DNA from: Thecamonas trahens ATCC 50062
Taxonomy: Eukaryota; Protista; Apusomonadida
Assembly: GCF_000142905.1 (NCBI RefSeq)
Contig: NW_013657675.1
Span: 62,001 to 126,000 of the forward strand
Length of the DNA stretch: 64,000 nucleotides
Direction of reading: 5' to 3'
Within the stretch, counting starts at the first letter, position 1, and each line of letters opens with the position of its first letter. The notes under the pieces are model-generated. The model was not told the origin of the DNA, ran no database searches, and worked only from the letters and a program-made list of their open reading frames with translations. The position numbers and the translations under genes are program-made. This document shows positions 22,257-33,809 of the stretch, piece by piece.

Positions 22257-24503
22257 ATGCTTCGTGCTGGTGCATGGACGCAGGCTTGCCGAGTGGGTGC
22301 ACAGGCATGGGCTTCGGCGGCGAGCGGGGGAGCGCGGGGGCTGGCGAGGGCAAGCACTGGCGGAGGCAAGGTGGCTGGCGTGAGCAAGGATGAGTACCCG
22401 CTGTTGATGTCGCCGCTAAAGGCCGGCAACACGGTGCTGAAGAACCGCGTGCTGATGGGATCTATGCACACCGGGCTAGAGGAGGAGGACGGCGGGTTTG
22501 AGAAGCTGGCGGCGTACTTTGCTGCCCGGGCGGCCGGCGGTGTGGGCACCATGGTCACCGGTGGCGTCTCGTGCAATCGGGCTGGATGGGTCAAGCCGTT
22601 TGCCGCCAAGCTGACCAACGCACGCGAGATGGAGCCGCACAAGCTCATCACGTCGGCGGTGCATGATGCCGCCGCCGACTCCAAGATTGTCATGCAGATT
22701 CTCCATGCCGGGCGGTACTCGTACTCACCGATTGCGGTGGCGCCGTCGCGGATCAAGTCACCGATCTCGCCGTTCTCGCCGTGGGCACTGACCAAGCGAG
22801 GCGTCCGCAACACCATTGCCGACTTTGCGGCAACGGCTGCGCTCGCTAAAGAGGCCGGCTACGACGGGGTGGAGATCATGGGCTCGGAGGGCTACCTCAT
22901 CAACGAGTTTATTTCGGCGGCGACCAACAAACGGTCGGACGAGTACGGCGGTGAGTACGCAAACCGCATCCGGTTCCCGCTCGACATTGTCGACGCGGTC
23001 CGACAGGCTGTCGGCTCGGATTTTCTCATCATCTTCCGCCTCTCCATGCTCGACCTGGTCTCCGGCGGCTCGGTCTGGCCCGAGGTGGTCGAGCTCGCCG
23101 TCAAGCTCGAGGAGCGCGGCGTCGACATCATCAACACCGGCATCGGCTGGCACGAGGCACGCATTCCCACCATTGCCACTCTTGTCCCGCGCGGCTCGTT
23201 CTCGTGGGTGACCGGCAAGCTCAAGGGCGAGGTCGGCATTCCGCTCGTCGCCACCAACCGCATCAACATGCCGCACGTCGCCGAGCGCATCCTCGCCGCC
23301 GGCGAGGCCGACATGATCTCCATGGCCCGCCCACTGCTGGCCGACCCGGACTGGGTCAACAAGGCCGCCGCCGGTGAGCCCGAGACCATCAACACCTGCA
23401 TCGGGTGCAACCAGGCGTGCCTCGACCACGTCTTCTCGCAGGAGCGTGCCACCTGCCTCGTCAACCCGCTCGCAGCATACGAGACCGAGCGCAAAATCAA
23501 GCCCCTCGCTGCGGACGCCCCGCGCAAGCACGTCGCCATTGTGGGCTCCGGCCCAGCCGGCCTCGCCGCCGCCACCGTCGCCGCGCAGCGCGGTCACGAC
23601 GTGTCACTCTTCGACGGCGCAGACGCGCTCGGTGGCCAGTTCAACCTCGCCAAGCGGGTGCCGGGCAAGGAGGAGTTTGTTGAGACCATCCGCTACTACT
23701 CGACCATGGCCCGCAAGCACGGCGTCCGCATTCACCTCGGGACCCGGATCGGCGGCGTTGACGACCTCAACGCCCACCTCCCCGAAGGCGCGTCGCGCTT
23801 CGACGACGTCATCGTCGCTACCGGCATCAAGCCGCGGGTCCCGGACATTCCCGGCCTCAAGGAGTCGCCCAAGGCTGCCATCTACACCGACGTCGTCTCG
23901 GGGCGGGTCGAGCCCGGCACCCGCGTCGCCATCATCGGCGCCGGCGGCATCGGCTTTGACACGGCAGAGTACCTCGTTCACTACGACCACGTCGTGCCGC
24001 AAGGCCAGGAGCCGGACCCGGACGCGCCCAAGCCGGCCGAGTTTGCCAGCCAGTGGGGCGTCGACATGGAGCACACCCACCGCGGCGGCCTGCTCCCTGC
24101 CGGCTCGCCGCCGGATCACGGCCGCACCATCTACCTCCTTCAGCGCAAATCGTCCAAGCCCGGCGCCGGCCTCGGCAAGACCACAGGGTGGGCCAAGCGG
24201 AAGATGCTCGCAGACGCTGGTGTCCACATGATGCCCTCGGTCCAGTACAAGGCCGTCACCGACGATGGCCTCGTCATCACCGACCCGTCCGGCAAGGAGA
24301 CCACCCTCGAGGTCGACACCGTCATCATCTGCTCGGGCCAGATCTCGGAGTCGTGGCTCAAAGATACCCTCGAGGCCGCACAGGTCAAGACGCCCGACGC
24401 CGCGCCCGCCGCCGTCCACCTCATCGGCGGCGCCTTTAAGGCTGCCGAGCTCGACGCCAAGGCCGCCATTCTGCAGGGCACCCTGCTTGCTGCCAAGCTG
24501 TAG
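22257..24503 (+). CDS. fadH: 2,4-dienoyl-CoA reductase, bacterial FadH type (FMN, 4Fe-4S, FAD, NADPH), with mitochondrial-like presequence
   Basis: KNRVLMGSMHTGLE, MQILHAGRY, IMGSEGYLINEF, NTGIGWHEARIPTIAT, CIGCNQACLDH...CLVNP, GSGPAG, GAGGIG, GLGKTTGW. N-terminus is Arg/Ala-rich and acid-free. Confidence 0.95.
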   Translation: MLRAGAWTQACRVGAQAWASAASGGARGLARASTGGGKVAGVSKDEYPLLMSPLKAGNTVLKNRVLMGSMHTGLEEEDGGFEKLAAYFAARAAGGVGTMVTGGVSCNRAGWVKPFAAKLTNAREMEPHKLITSAVHDAAADSKIVMQILHAGRYSYSPIAVAPSRIKSPISPFSPWALTKRGVRNTIADFAATAALAKEAGYDGVEIMGSEGYLINEFISAATNKRSDEYGGEYANRIRFPLDIVDAVRQAVGSDFLIIFRLSMLDLVSGGSVWPEVVELAVKLEERGVDIINTGIGWHEARIPTIATLVPRGSFSWVTGKLKGEVGIPLVATNRINMPHVAERILAAGEADMISMARPLLADPDWVNKAAAGEPETINTCIGCNQACLDHVFSQERATCLVNPLAAYETERKIKPLAADAPRKHVAIVGSGPAGLAAATVAAQRGHDVSLFDGADALGGQFNLAKRVPGKEEFVETIRYYSTMARKHGVRIHLGTRIGGVDDLNAHLPEGASRFDDVIVATGIKPRVPDIPGLKESPKAAIYTDVVSGRVEPGTRVAIIGAGGIGFDTAEYLVHYDHVVPQGQEPDPDAPKPAEFASQWGVDMEHTHRGGLLPAGSPPDHGRTIYLLQRKSSKPGAGLGKTTGWAKRKMLADAGVHMMPSVQYKAVTDDGLVITDPSGKETTLEVDTVIICSGQISESWLKDTLEAAQVKTPDAAPAAVHLIGGAFKAAELDAKAAILQGTLLAAKL

Positions 24504-24526
24504 CCAGCCTCCCTCACGCCCGAGTT

Positions 24527-26532
24527 TCACAGATACGGAGTCGTAAACCGCGCGCTGCCGTTCGGCACGGCCCGGCTCGTTGCCCGAAGCAGTCCCGGCG
24601 TCGCTGACGCCGAAAACCCGCCGAGCAGCCTTGTCGCGCTACCTGATCGCGCCGACGCGAGCGGCGTCTTGGGTGACGAGAAGAACGACGGGACCGTCGG
24701 CGGCCGGAACGGAGAGCTCGAAGGCCTCGCGGCGCTGCTCGACCGCGCCGGACTCAGCGACCTTCGGGCATGCTCGGTGCCGTCGGCGCAAAAGCTCGCG
24801 TCGCAAAAGCTCGCGCCGCAGACCTCGGTGGTGCTGACGCCCGCGGTGGCACAAACTCCCGCGCTGCAGCAGGCACTTTGGCCAGCGTTGTCCGCAGATG
24901 TGCCGAGAGCGACACCGTCTTGCGTAGGTGCTCGGCAAGGAGCGCCTCCTGGGATGCGGCTTGGTCGAGAAGCGCCTCGTAGCGCCCAATGTCGGCGTCG
25001 AGCGCGGCGACCGCGTCGGTTGCCGCCTGCTGGGTTGTGGCCAGCTGGCGGCCCTCGTCCTCGAGCGTCCGTAGCGCCCGCTCCTCGGCGTCGAGCCGCG
25101 ACCGGAGCGTGTCGTACTGCCGGCGGAGGGCAGCGACGTCGGCTGGCGGACCCTGCGGCCGATGGAAGGCGGTGACCAGCCGCTGCAGAACCGGCGACGC
25201 TTGACGGCGTGCACGTGGTTCCGCCCGTGGCGCCGGCGAGTTGCCGGACTGCAACGCGGTGTTGAGTCGCGCATCATCGGCACCGGCGAGCGCGCCCTTG
25301 AGCCGGACAACCAGCTTCTCGAGCGCGTAGTACTGACGTGCGAGCGAGAGCGTGACCGGAACAAGTTCGTCGTGGCTCGCGGGAATGGCGTCAAGAACTG
25401 ACGGGTTGACCGCGTTGTACGCGTGGAGCAACTGCGCGAGCTCGACCCGCTTGGCCGTCACGTGGGCTGCAAGCGACGACGGCGGCAGCGCAGTCGCCAC
25501 CTCGGCTGGCGCGGCAGTCTGTGTCGGCGCAGCGTCAGTAGCAGGCTTCTTGCTCTTGGGCTTTGGTGCCTTTTTGAGCTTCTTGGCCTTGGACCGGAGC
25601 TCAAAGACCGACGGCCGCTGAGGCGTCGCCTTGACCTTGTGCGCCCGCGCCTCATCTGGGTCGATGGCGGTCGTCTTGAGCAGCCGGGCACCGGCCGCGA
25701 TCTCAATGACCGACGGCCGGCGCTTGGCACGGACGTGCTTCGGAAGAAGCGCGGCAGCAGCAGCGGCGCTCCCGCGCCTGTCTGCCGATTGGGACGGAGG
25801 CGGCGGCGGTGGAGGCGGCGGTGGTGGCGGTGGCGCCGGCACCGGCGCTTCGGGCGCCACCACTTCCGAAGACGACGAGAGCAGAGCGTCAAAGAGCTGC
25901 TGCTCCGAGAGCCCTGTCTGGCCCATTGCCGCCAGCATGCCCTTGAGCTTGACCGCCAGCCTCATCTTGTCGCCGACTTCCCGCAGCGAGAGCGACGGTT
26001 GCAGCGAGAGCGTCGGTGACGAGTCGTCGCCGTTATCTGCAGATGCGGCAGCCTGGGGCGAGAGCTCCGCCTCGGACTCGAGCGAGTACGATGCCAGTGT
26101 CTGCGCCGTCGATCGTGTTTGCGCGCCATGATGAATTGACGACGCCGACGGCGACGCCGACAGTGATCCCCCCGAAGCCGATGACGAGCACGAGGCCGAA
26201 CCCGAGGCCGAACCCGACGACGACGACGACGACGGCCCTGATGACGATGACGCCGACGGCGATGACGAGACCGCTGAGGGCGACCGCGATAACGATGACT
26301 CTGGCAAAGGAGCGAGGTCACTTGCCACGCCAGTGGCGCCCATGGCCGAGATCTGAGAGTCGAGCGCAGCGAGGAGGGCCAACGCGTCGCCATCGTCGAC
26401 AGTAGGCGAGGGCAAGTCGGAGCCGTCTGACAACGAGTCGTGGCCCAGCTGAGCAGAAGCCGGACCAGCCCCAGCCGAGGCAGACACCGGTGCCAGGCCG
26501 GCCATCTGAAGTAGTTCCTCGTATGTGCTCAT
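24527..26532 (-). CDS. Polyproline + two WH2-like motifs + coiled-coil protein (putative actin regulator); as assembled it stops at 24754, probably extending to 24527 after a frameshift near 24765
   Basis: Long Pro tract; RPSVIEIAAGARLLKTT and RPSVFELRSKAKKLKKA; heptad region. Adding one C restores an open Ser/Pro-rich tail ...RSLSPARSSS...FTTPYL*. Confidence 0.65.
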
Positions 26533-27247
26533 CCCTGCCTGGGAAGGCCGTGAGTCAGGTGGTGGCTCGAGTCCGGGTCAGGCGCCCTGGCCGTGGCCGT
26601 GGCCCTGGCCGTGGCCGTTGCCAGAGCCGCGACAGACGAGCGGTAGATGGGGTAGATCGGGGGTAGATCAGGGCAGATCGGGCTGGAGTGGGGTGGAGTG
26701 CATGACGGTGCAGATGTCGTGGGATAAGTGGCGAGGCGGGAGATGTAGGAGATGGAGAGGTGGAGGTGGGGTGTGCGGAATGGTGGGGGGCCGGAGGTCG
26801 GGGTGTGCTGGCTGTAAATCGGTGATCATGCTACGCAGGCGGTCGAGCTTGATTTTCGGCTGGGTCCATGCATGATGGAAAAGGAAAGAAGGAACGGATC
26901 AAGGTGTGCGGGAGTGAAGGGATAGAGTTGGGAGATGCGGCAGAGGCGGTGGGTGAGGGATCGTCATCGTTTGTGAGGATATCCTTGCGCTGGGAAGGAG
27001 AGGGACGATCGGCCGTACGTCATTGCTCACCTCCGCCCGCCTCGACCCGTATTCGCCCCCCCCACACATTGCCCCTCATCCATCACAGTCAGCCACCAAG
27101 CAATCGTCCCTCCCCTTCCACCCCCCACCGACTGACTCGATCGGTGAACTGATCGACTTCCCTCCCTCCTCCCCCCCCCCCCCCGGCTCCTCCACGGTCG
27201 TCCAACGTTCTCCGTCAGCCACCTGTCTCTCTCATTTCATTCGCCAA

Positions 27248-28100
27248 ATGTTCTCCTTCGCGACCCGTGCTGTGACTGCCTCTGCCGGCCGCCTTGCAGG
27301 CGCTGCCTCGGCCACTGCCACTCTCTCTGCTCTTGCCCGTGCAAAGTCTACCTACGTCCTCCCGGACCTCCCCTACGAGTACTCGGCCCTCGAGCCCGTC
27401 CTCTCTGGCGAAATCATGGAGGTATGCCCCCCCCCCCTTCTGCCCCCGCCTGGTGACACTGCCGCGTCGCCGACCGTCACGACCCGTCACCCCCCCCCCT
27501 CCCCCCCTCCCCCTCCCCGCACCCATCGCTGACTCACTCGTTGATCGAATGTTTGGCGACCAGCTGCACCACTCCAAGCACCACCAGACGTACGTGAACA
27601 ACCTCAACGCGGCGTCGGAGGCGCTCGACTCGGCCATTGCCAACAACGATGTGTCCAAGCAGATCTCGCTCCAGTCGGCCATCAAGTTCAACGGCGGTGG
27701 CCATCTCAACCACTCGCTGTTCTGGACCAACCTCGCGCCGACGTCCGAGGGCGGTGGCGCCCCGCCCGAGGGTGCCCTTGCTGAGGCCATCGACGCCCAG
27801 TTTGGCTCGCTCGACGCCTTTATCACAAAGTTCAACGCCACCACCGCTGCCGTCCAGGGCTCGGGCTGGGGCTGGCTCGGCTACAACAAGGAGACCAAGC
27901 AGCTGCAGATCGCCCAGTGCGCCAACCAGGACCCGCTCGAGGCCACCACCGGCCTCGTCCCTCTCCTCGCCGTCGACGTCTGGGAGCATGCTTACTACCT
28001 CTCCTACAAGAACGACCGCGCTGCTTACCTCAAGAACATCTGGAAGATCATTGACTGGCACAACGTCTCGGAGCGCTTTGCCCTCGCCAAGCGTGCCTGA
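27248..28100 (+). CDS. SOD2: Mitochondrial manganese superoxide dismutase; intron 27422-27563
   Basis: [17 protein letters not shown]|[40 protein letters not shown]; presequence present. Confidence 0.97.
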
Positions 28101-28664
28101 TCCGCTCATGCCACGCCCGCCTTACCCGCGCCCGCGCTGCCGATCCCACCCCGGTCGTACCCCCTCTGGCCCGCCGCGGGCTAGTAGCCCCCATCACGTG
28201 CGATAAAGGCTTTTACCCCTCCTACCTCCATGCTCTTCCGACACGACCAGCCAGTTGTGCTTGCTGTCGGCCACAGCCTTGACCCCCCCCCCCCCCCTCC
28301 TCAGCCCCAGACTGGCCNNNNNNNNNNNNNNNNNNNNNNNNNNNNNNNNNNNNNNNNNNNNNNNNNNNNNNNNNNNNNNNNNNNNNNNNNNNNNNNNNNN
28401 NNNNNNNNNNNNNNNNNNNNNNNNNNNNNNNNNNNNNNNNNNNNNNNNNNNNNNNNNNNNNNNNNNNNNNNNNNNNNNNNNNNNNNNNNNNNNNNNNNNN
28501 NNNNNNNNNNNNNNNNNNNNNNNNNNNNNNNNNNNNNNNNNNNNNNNNNNNNNNNNNNNNNNNNNNNNNNNNNNNNCCTGACCCCCCCCCCCCACCCCCC
28601 TCAGCCCCAGACTGACGCGCCAATGACTTTCCCATTCGATCCCACTTGACCTCACCTCGACTCC

Positions 28665-29230
28665 ATGAGCGACGACACGCCGACGCCGACGCCGACGCCC
28701 CACCTCGACGAGGCGGCTGTGACTGAAGTGCAGCAAGCAGAGGGTACGCCTACCCTTCTTTCATCTTTCACCTTCCTTCTTCCCACTCCCTGCTCACTCA
28801 CCCCGTATGTACGCGGACTTGCCGGGTGGTAGGAGTCGAGCCCGAGCTGGTGGCCTGGATGCGGGAGCAGGTTGCGAACGAGGTGGCGAGGGTGAAGGAG
28901 GAGCATGGACAGGCTGTGCTCCCGCTCAAGGTCAAGAACTTTGCCATCATCCGCAAGTCGTCGACCAAGGTTGTCAATCGCATCGAGTTTGATACGGCGT
29001 GGGACTTTGATAATGTGACTCAGATCCTCGTCTCGGAGCCCATCGATGTCCCGCCAGCACTCAAGCCCAAGGCCAAGTACATCCAGCTTGTCCTCCTCTG
29101 CGACAAGCCGCTCCCGCTCCTTGCTCCCTACATCTACTCTACCTCGCACAAGAACAACGATCTGCATCACTGGCTCTTCATCAACAACAAGCTCAAGCAC
29201 TCGATGCACGAGGTCGAGGCCTACGTCTGA
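28665..29230 (+). CDS. Hypothetical globular protein (~158 aa); intron 28744-28832
   Basis: GTACGC donor and TAG acceptor join in frame; codon usage typical of the window's genes. Confidence 0.72.
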
Positions 29231-29398
29231 GCCACCTTGCCTATCGGCCCTCCCCGGCCATAGCAGAGCTCTCTCGCCCGCCCAATCACCCGCTCACCAG
29301 CCGAGCTGCTGCGCCGCCCCGTTCCGTGGCCCACGACCTTTTTTCCTGGCCCACCCCGCCCGGTCGCCGCCACACCTCTCATCCCCACCGCACCCATC

Positions 29399-30207
29399 AT
29401 GGACGACGATACGAACCGCAAGCGGAGCCGCGACGGTGAAGTCACGTCTACTAGCGACGACGACAACCTCAGCATGGCGGCTGGTCACAGGAGCAAGCGT
29501 GGCAAGCTGCTCTCGCCTCCCCGTCGCGCCCTCCGGCTGGCGAGTTGGGCCTTGAAGACCTTTTGCGTGATCCGGCGAGTGATCAACCACTCGCGCCGGC
29601 CCCCCCGCCATGCCGCCGGTTGGCGATCCTGTGGCCCTAGCCAGCGAGTGTACGTGCTAGGGGGACGAAGACGGGGAGGGGGTGCAGCTATTTGCCTCTC
29701 ACTCACCCTGATGTGGTGCCTCGCCGTTCTGCTCCTGCGTTAGTCGACGGCATCACCGACGACATCTTTCGCCTCTCGCGCCAAGTCGACCAAGTGGCCA
29801 GCGACGACGCGGCGTCGCTTGATCTTCTCGCCAGCGTCTTCAACGTGGCCGGTGGCGACAAGACCGAGGCCGGCGCCTTCTTTGGCGCTTTTGCCCATGC
29901 TGCCGCTACCGCCCTCGACGCGTTTCACGCCAAGACCCAATCGCTCATGACCGAACTCGCCGAGCGCCACGCCCGAGCCAAGGAGCTCCACGACGAGATC
30001 GCCGCCATCACAGGCAACCTGCGGTCGATGATGGCTGTGCTCGGGCCAGCGGCCTCTAGCGCGCTTGCGCTCGGGGCGCAGCCGTCCGCACCGCCAGCTA
30101 ACGTGGCAGGCCCGTCTGCAGCTGTCCCGCCCGTCCCGCCCGCCGAGCCTGCCGGCAAGCCGCTCGGGGAGGGCTTGACCACCCTCGAGTTTGCGCTCTC
30201 GTTCTAG
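29399..30207 (+). CDS. Hypothetical coiled-coil protein; intron 29650-29743; exon 1 apparently frameshifted
   Basis: Exon 2 (DGITDDIFRLSRQVDQ...LEFALSF*) is coding-like. Splice phase fits only after a net frame correction in exon 1; two one-base losses give the most coding-like reading. Confidence 0.45.
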
Positions 30208-30225
30208 GCGAGAGTGCTTTTTTGT

Positions 30226-33181
30226 TTACACTTTCAGCCGGCGCTGGACAATGCCGAGGCAGAGGCGGATCTCGGCGATGAGGTCCATCGGCATGTTTTC
30301 GGCCTCGACGTCCTTGAGCAGCACCTTGAGGTTAGATGCAGCGAGCCGGAGCTGGTCCGAGTTAAGAGCGCCGAGAGTCATCTGCTTGTACGAAGCACGG
30401 TACTTGCAGAGCTTGTTGTACAGCAGCCGGGTCTGCGGGTTGCGGAGCACGTTGGTAAACGCCGAGTTGATCCGCTGCAGCTGCTCGGTCGCCGACGCGC
30501 GCGCGGTGTCGTCCTTTTGGTGGTCCGGGTGGTACTTTTGGGTCAGCTCGCGCCGCGCCTTGGCAATCGCCGCCAGCGGCGCCCGCGGATCGCCGATGCC
30601 AAACAGCGCGTAGTAGTCGTTGTGCCGCGAGTGCGCCGCCAGTGACCGGATCATGGCCACAAGCTCCGGGTCGTGCGCCGACGACGGCGCGGCGCCGCCC
30701 CGGGCCACGGGGGGGGCCCCCCCGCCGGGGCCCCGCGACCCGGCCCTCGCTCGCGCCTTGTTCTCGTTTTTCTTCGATTTGGCCTTTGGTTTTCCCCTTG
30801 GGCCTTGGTTTTCNNNNNNNNNNNNNNNNNNNNNNNNNNNNNNNNNNNNNNNNNNNNNNNNNNNNNNNNNNNNNNNNNNNNNNNNNNNNNNNNNNNNNNN
30901 NNNNNNNNNNNNNNNNNNNNNNNNNNNNNNNNNNNNNNNNNNNNNNNNNNNNNNNNNNNNNNNNNNNNNNNNNNNNNNNNNNNNNNNNNNNNNNNNNNNN
31001 NNNNNNNNNNNNNNNNNNNNNNNNNNNNNNNNNNNNNNNNNNNNNNNNNNNNNNNNNNNNNNNNNNNNNNNNNNNNNNNNNNNNNNNNNNNNNNNNNNNN
31101 NNNNNNNNNNNNNNNNNNNNNNNNNNNNNNNNNNNNNNNNNNNNNNNNNNNNNNNNNNNNNNNNNNNNNNNNNNNNNNNNNNNNNNNNNNNNNNNNNNNN
31201 NNNNNNNNNNNNNNNNNNNNNNNNNNNNNNNNNNNNNNNNNNNNNNNNNNNNNNNNNNNNNNNNNNNNNNNNNNNNNNNNNNNNNNNNNNNNNNNNNNNN
31301 NNNNNNNNNNNNNNNNNNNNNNNNNNNNNNNNNNNNNNNNNNNNNNNNNNNNNNNNNNNNNNNNNNNNNNNNNNNNNNNCCTTGGCCTTGGCCTTGGCAC
31401 CGGCCTTGCGCCCGCGGCCGGCTCCGCCGTCGTCGTCGTCGTCCTCGGCGGCAATGATGGGACCCGACGCCCGCGCCCGCGCCGCCGCCATGGCCGCCAT
31501 CTGCTCCTTTCGCAGTCGCTGTCTCTCACGCCGCGCTGCTGCGGCCGCAGTCGCTGCAGCCACAGCTGCATCCTCCTCCTCTTCGCTCTCCGGCGATGAC
31601 GCATCGGCCGCCACCGACGCCGCCGCTTCCGCAGCGGCTTCCGACTCGGCGCGCGCCCGCCGCTGGATCAGCTCTTGAATGGCGGACGCAGCGACATCGT
31701 CGTCGGTCTCGTACTCGGACGAGGACACTACCTCGTCGCCTGCGGTTGCAACCGAGGCGTACGGCGAGGCCGTCGGCGTGGCGAGGGTTGCGGCTCCGAC
31801 AGCAGATCCTGCACCCGAGTCGAGCGCCGAGTCGAGTGCCGAGTCGGTGGCCGAGCCTGTGGCCGAGTCGACGGCTGCGCCGACGGCCGAGCCTGCCGAC
31901 TCGACGCGCTCCCGGCCGCGTGCATCAGCTGCATCGCGTCCGGTGTCCTGTGCGACCTTTCCTTGCTTCGGGGCGGCTGCCGCCTCTGCAACGGTGGTTC
32001 GATTGTCGTCGACGCTCTCACTAGAGTCTGCGTCGTCGTCGCCGTCGTCGTCGTCGTACTCGTCATCGTAAGCGTTGTCGGCGTTGTCAGTGTCGCCGGC
32101 GTCGACATCCTCGCCATCTCGGCCACTGCCGCTGTCACTGCCGTGCTCATCGCGAGCGTCGTCACCTTGCAGGTCGACGTCATCAAGCTCGGCCGGATCC
32201 AGCGGAGCAATGAGCGCCATGCTGGTCGGATCCAGAGATGACTTGTGGGCAGCGACAAAGGCGGCGAGGTCGGCGTCAACGTCGACGGCCCCAACCGACG
32301 AGTAAAGGGCAAAGCACGCAGTCTTGATGGCTGGGACGACCGAGCCAGAGATGGAGACAAACCGGTGGAGGACCGAGTTGACGGTCGAGCCGCGGTCGCG
32401 CTCGAGATCCTCCAGCGCCGCGTACACGCCAGGGAGCTTGGAGGTGGTGAGGGCGTCGGCAAAGGTGCGAGCTGCCTTGTGGGCGCGGACCAGCTTTTTG
32501 CGCGCGGAGGAGGCGGTCTTGCGCGCGGCGGCGTACGAGGCCTCCAGCCTACGCTTCCTGTCGAGGTCCGGCTCGGTGACGTAGGCGCGGCGTGCGCGCT
32601 TCAGCTCGACCTTGGCCTTTGCAAACGAGGCCTTTGCCGAAGTGTACGCCGACTCTGCGGCACGGAGGTTGGCGAGGAGGCCCTTGCCGCGCGAGAGCGG
32701 CGCCTTGAGGCGCCCGGCCGAAGCAAACTTGCCCAGCGGCTGGGCCACGTCCTTGATGAGATCGACAGCGACCTGCGAGTGCAGGGCGGCACGCGAGTTG
32801 ATCGACTCTAGGACAGCATCCCACGCGGCTTGCAGCGAGAGCAATGCGTCTGATCTCCTGCCTGACTTTTGCGAGAAAAGCTTGAAGATGTTAGACGAGG
32901 CAAAGAGGGCGGCGTCCGAGGTGGCTACCTCGTGGAGCGCCTTTGCGTAGGCAGACTCTGCATGGGCAAGGGCCTTGAACACCGATGCCATCTGCTTGGT
33001 CAGCGCCACGCCCTTCTCCGCCTCGGCGGCCACCACCGCATAGTCCGTCTGTCCTCCGGGGAGTGAGTGAGTGAGTGAGTGTGTAGGAGGGAGGGAGGGA
33101 GGTGGAGAGAGGGAGGAGGGAAGGGGGGGGGGAGGGGGGCGGGGCACCTACCACCGTGAACTGGGTGAAGAGGGCAGGCAT
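30226..33181 (-). CDS. F-BAR (FCH) domain + acidic linker + C-terminal DnaJ domain; intron 33049-33151; gap 30814-31379
   Basis: MPALFTQFTV|TDYAVVAAEAEKGVALTKQMASVFKALAHAESAYAKAL...SLQAAWDAVL...LEDLERDR...VDVDADLAAFV (F-BAR); DYYALFGI...ARRELTQKYHPD...QRINSAFTNVLRNPQTRLLYN (J domain with HPD). Confidence 0.75.
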
Positions 33182-33267
33182 GGGGGGAGGGGGCGCAGGC
33201 CGCGGAGGGTGTATATGAAGGAGGAGGAGGTTTGGGGTTGGGTGGTGAGGGTGAGCCTGCAAGTGCG

Positions 33268-33436
33268 GTGGTGTGTGTGTGTGTGGGGTGGTGGTGGTGG
33301 TGGTGGTGTGTGTGGTGGTGGTGGTGGTGGTGGTGGTGGTGGTGGTGGTGGTGTGTGTGTGGTGGTGGCTGTGGTTGCATGGTGGTCGAAACCAGCCTGA
33401 TGGCACCCATTCCCACCATTCCCACCATTCCCACCA
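33268..33436. repeat. (GT)n/(GGT)n microsatellites and a (CCCACCATT)x3 repeat upstream of the F-BAR gene
   Basis: Read directly. Confidence 0.85.
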
Positions 33437-33809
33437 CTCCCCTCCCCTCCCCNNNNNNNNNNNNNNNNNNNNNNNNNNNNNNNNNNNNNNNNNNNNNNNN
33501 NNNNNNNNNNNNNNNNNNNNNNNNNNNNNNNNNNNNNNNNNNNNNNNNNNNNNNNNNNNNNNNNNNNNNNNNNNNNNNNNNNNNNNNNNNNNNNNNNNNN
33601 NNNNNNNNNNNNNNNNNNNNNNNNNNNNNNNNNNNNNNNNNNNNNNNNNNNNNNNNNNNNNNNNNNNNNNNNNNNNNNNNNNNNNNNNNNNNNNNNNNNN
33701 NNNNNNNNNNNNNNNNNNNNNNNNNNNNNNNNNNNNNNNNNNNNNNNNNNNNNCCCCCTCCCCTCCCTACCCCTCCCTACCCCCACCCCCCACCCCCCCC
33801 CCCCTAACC

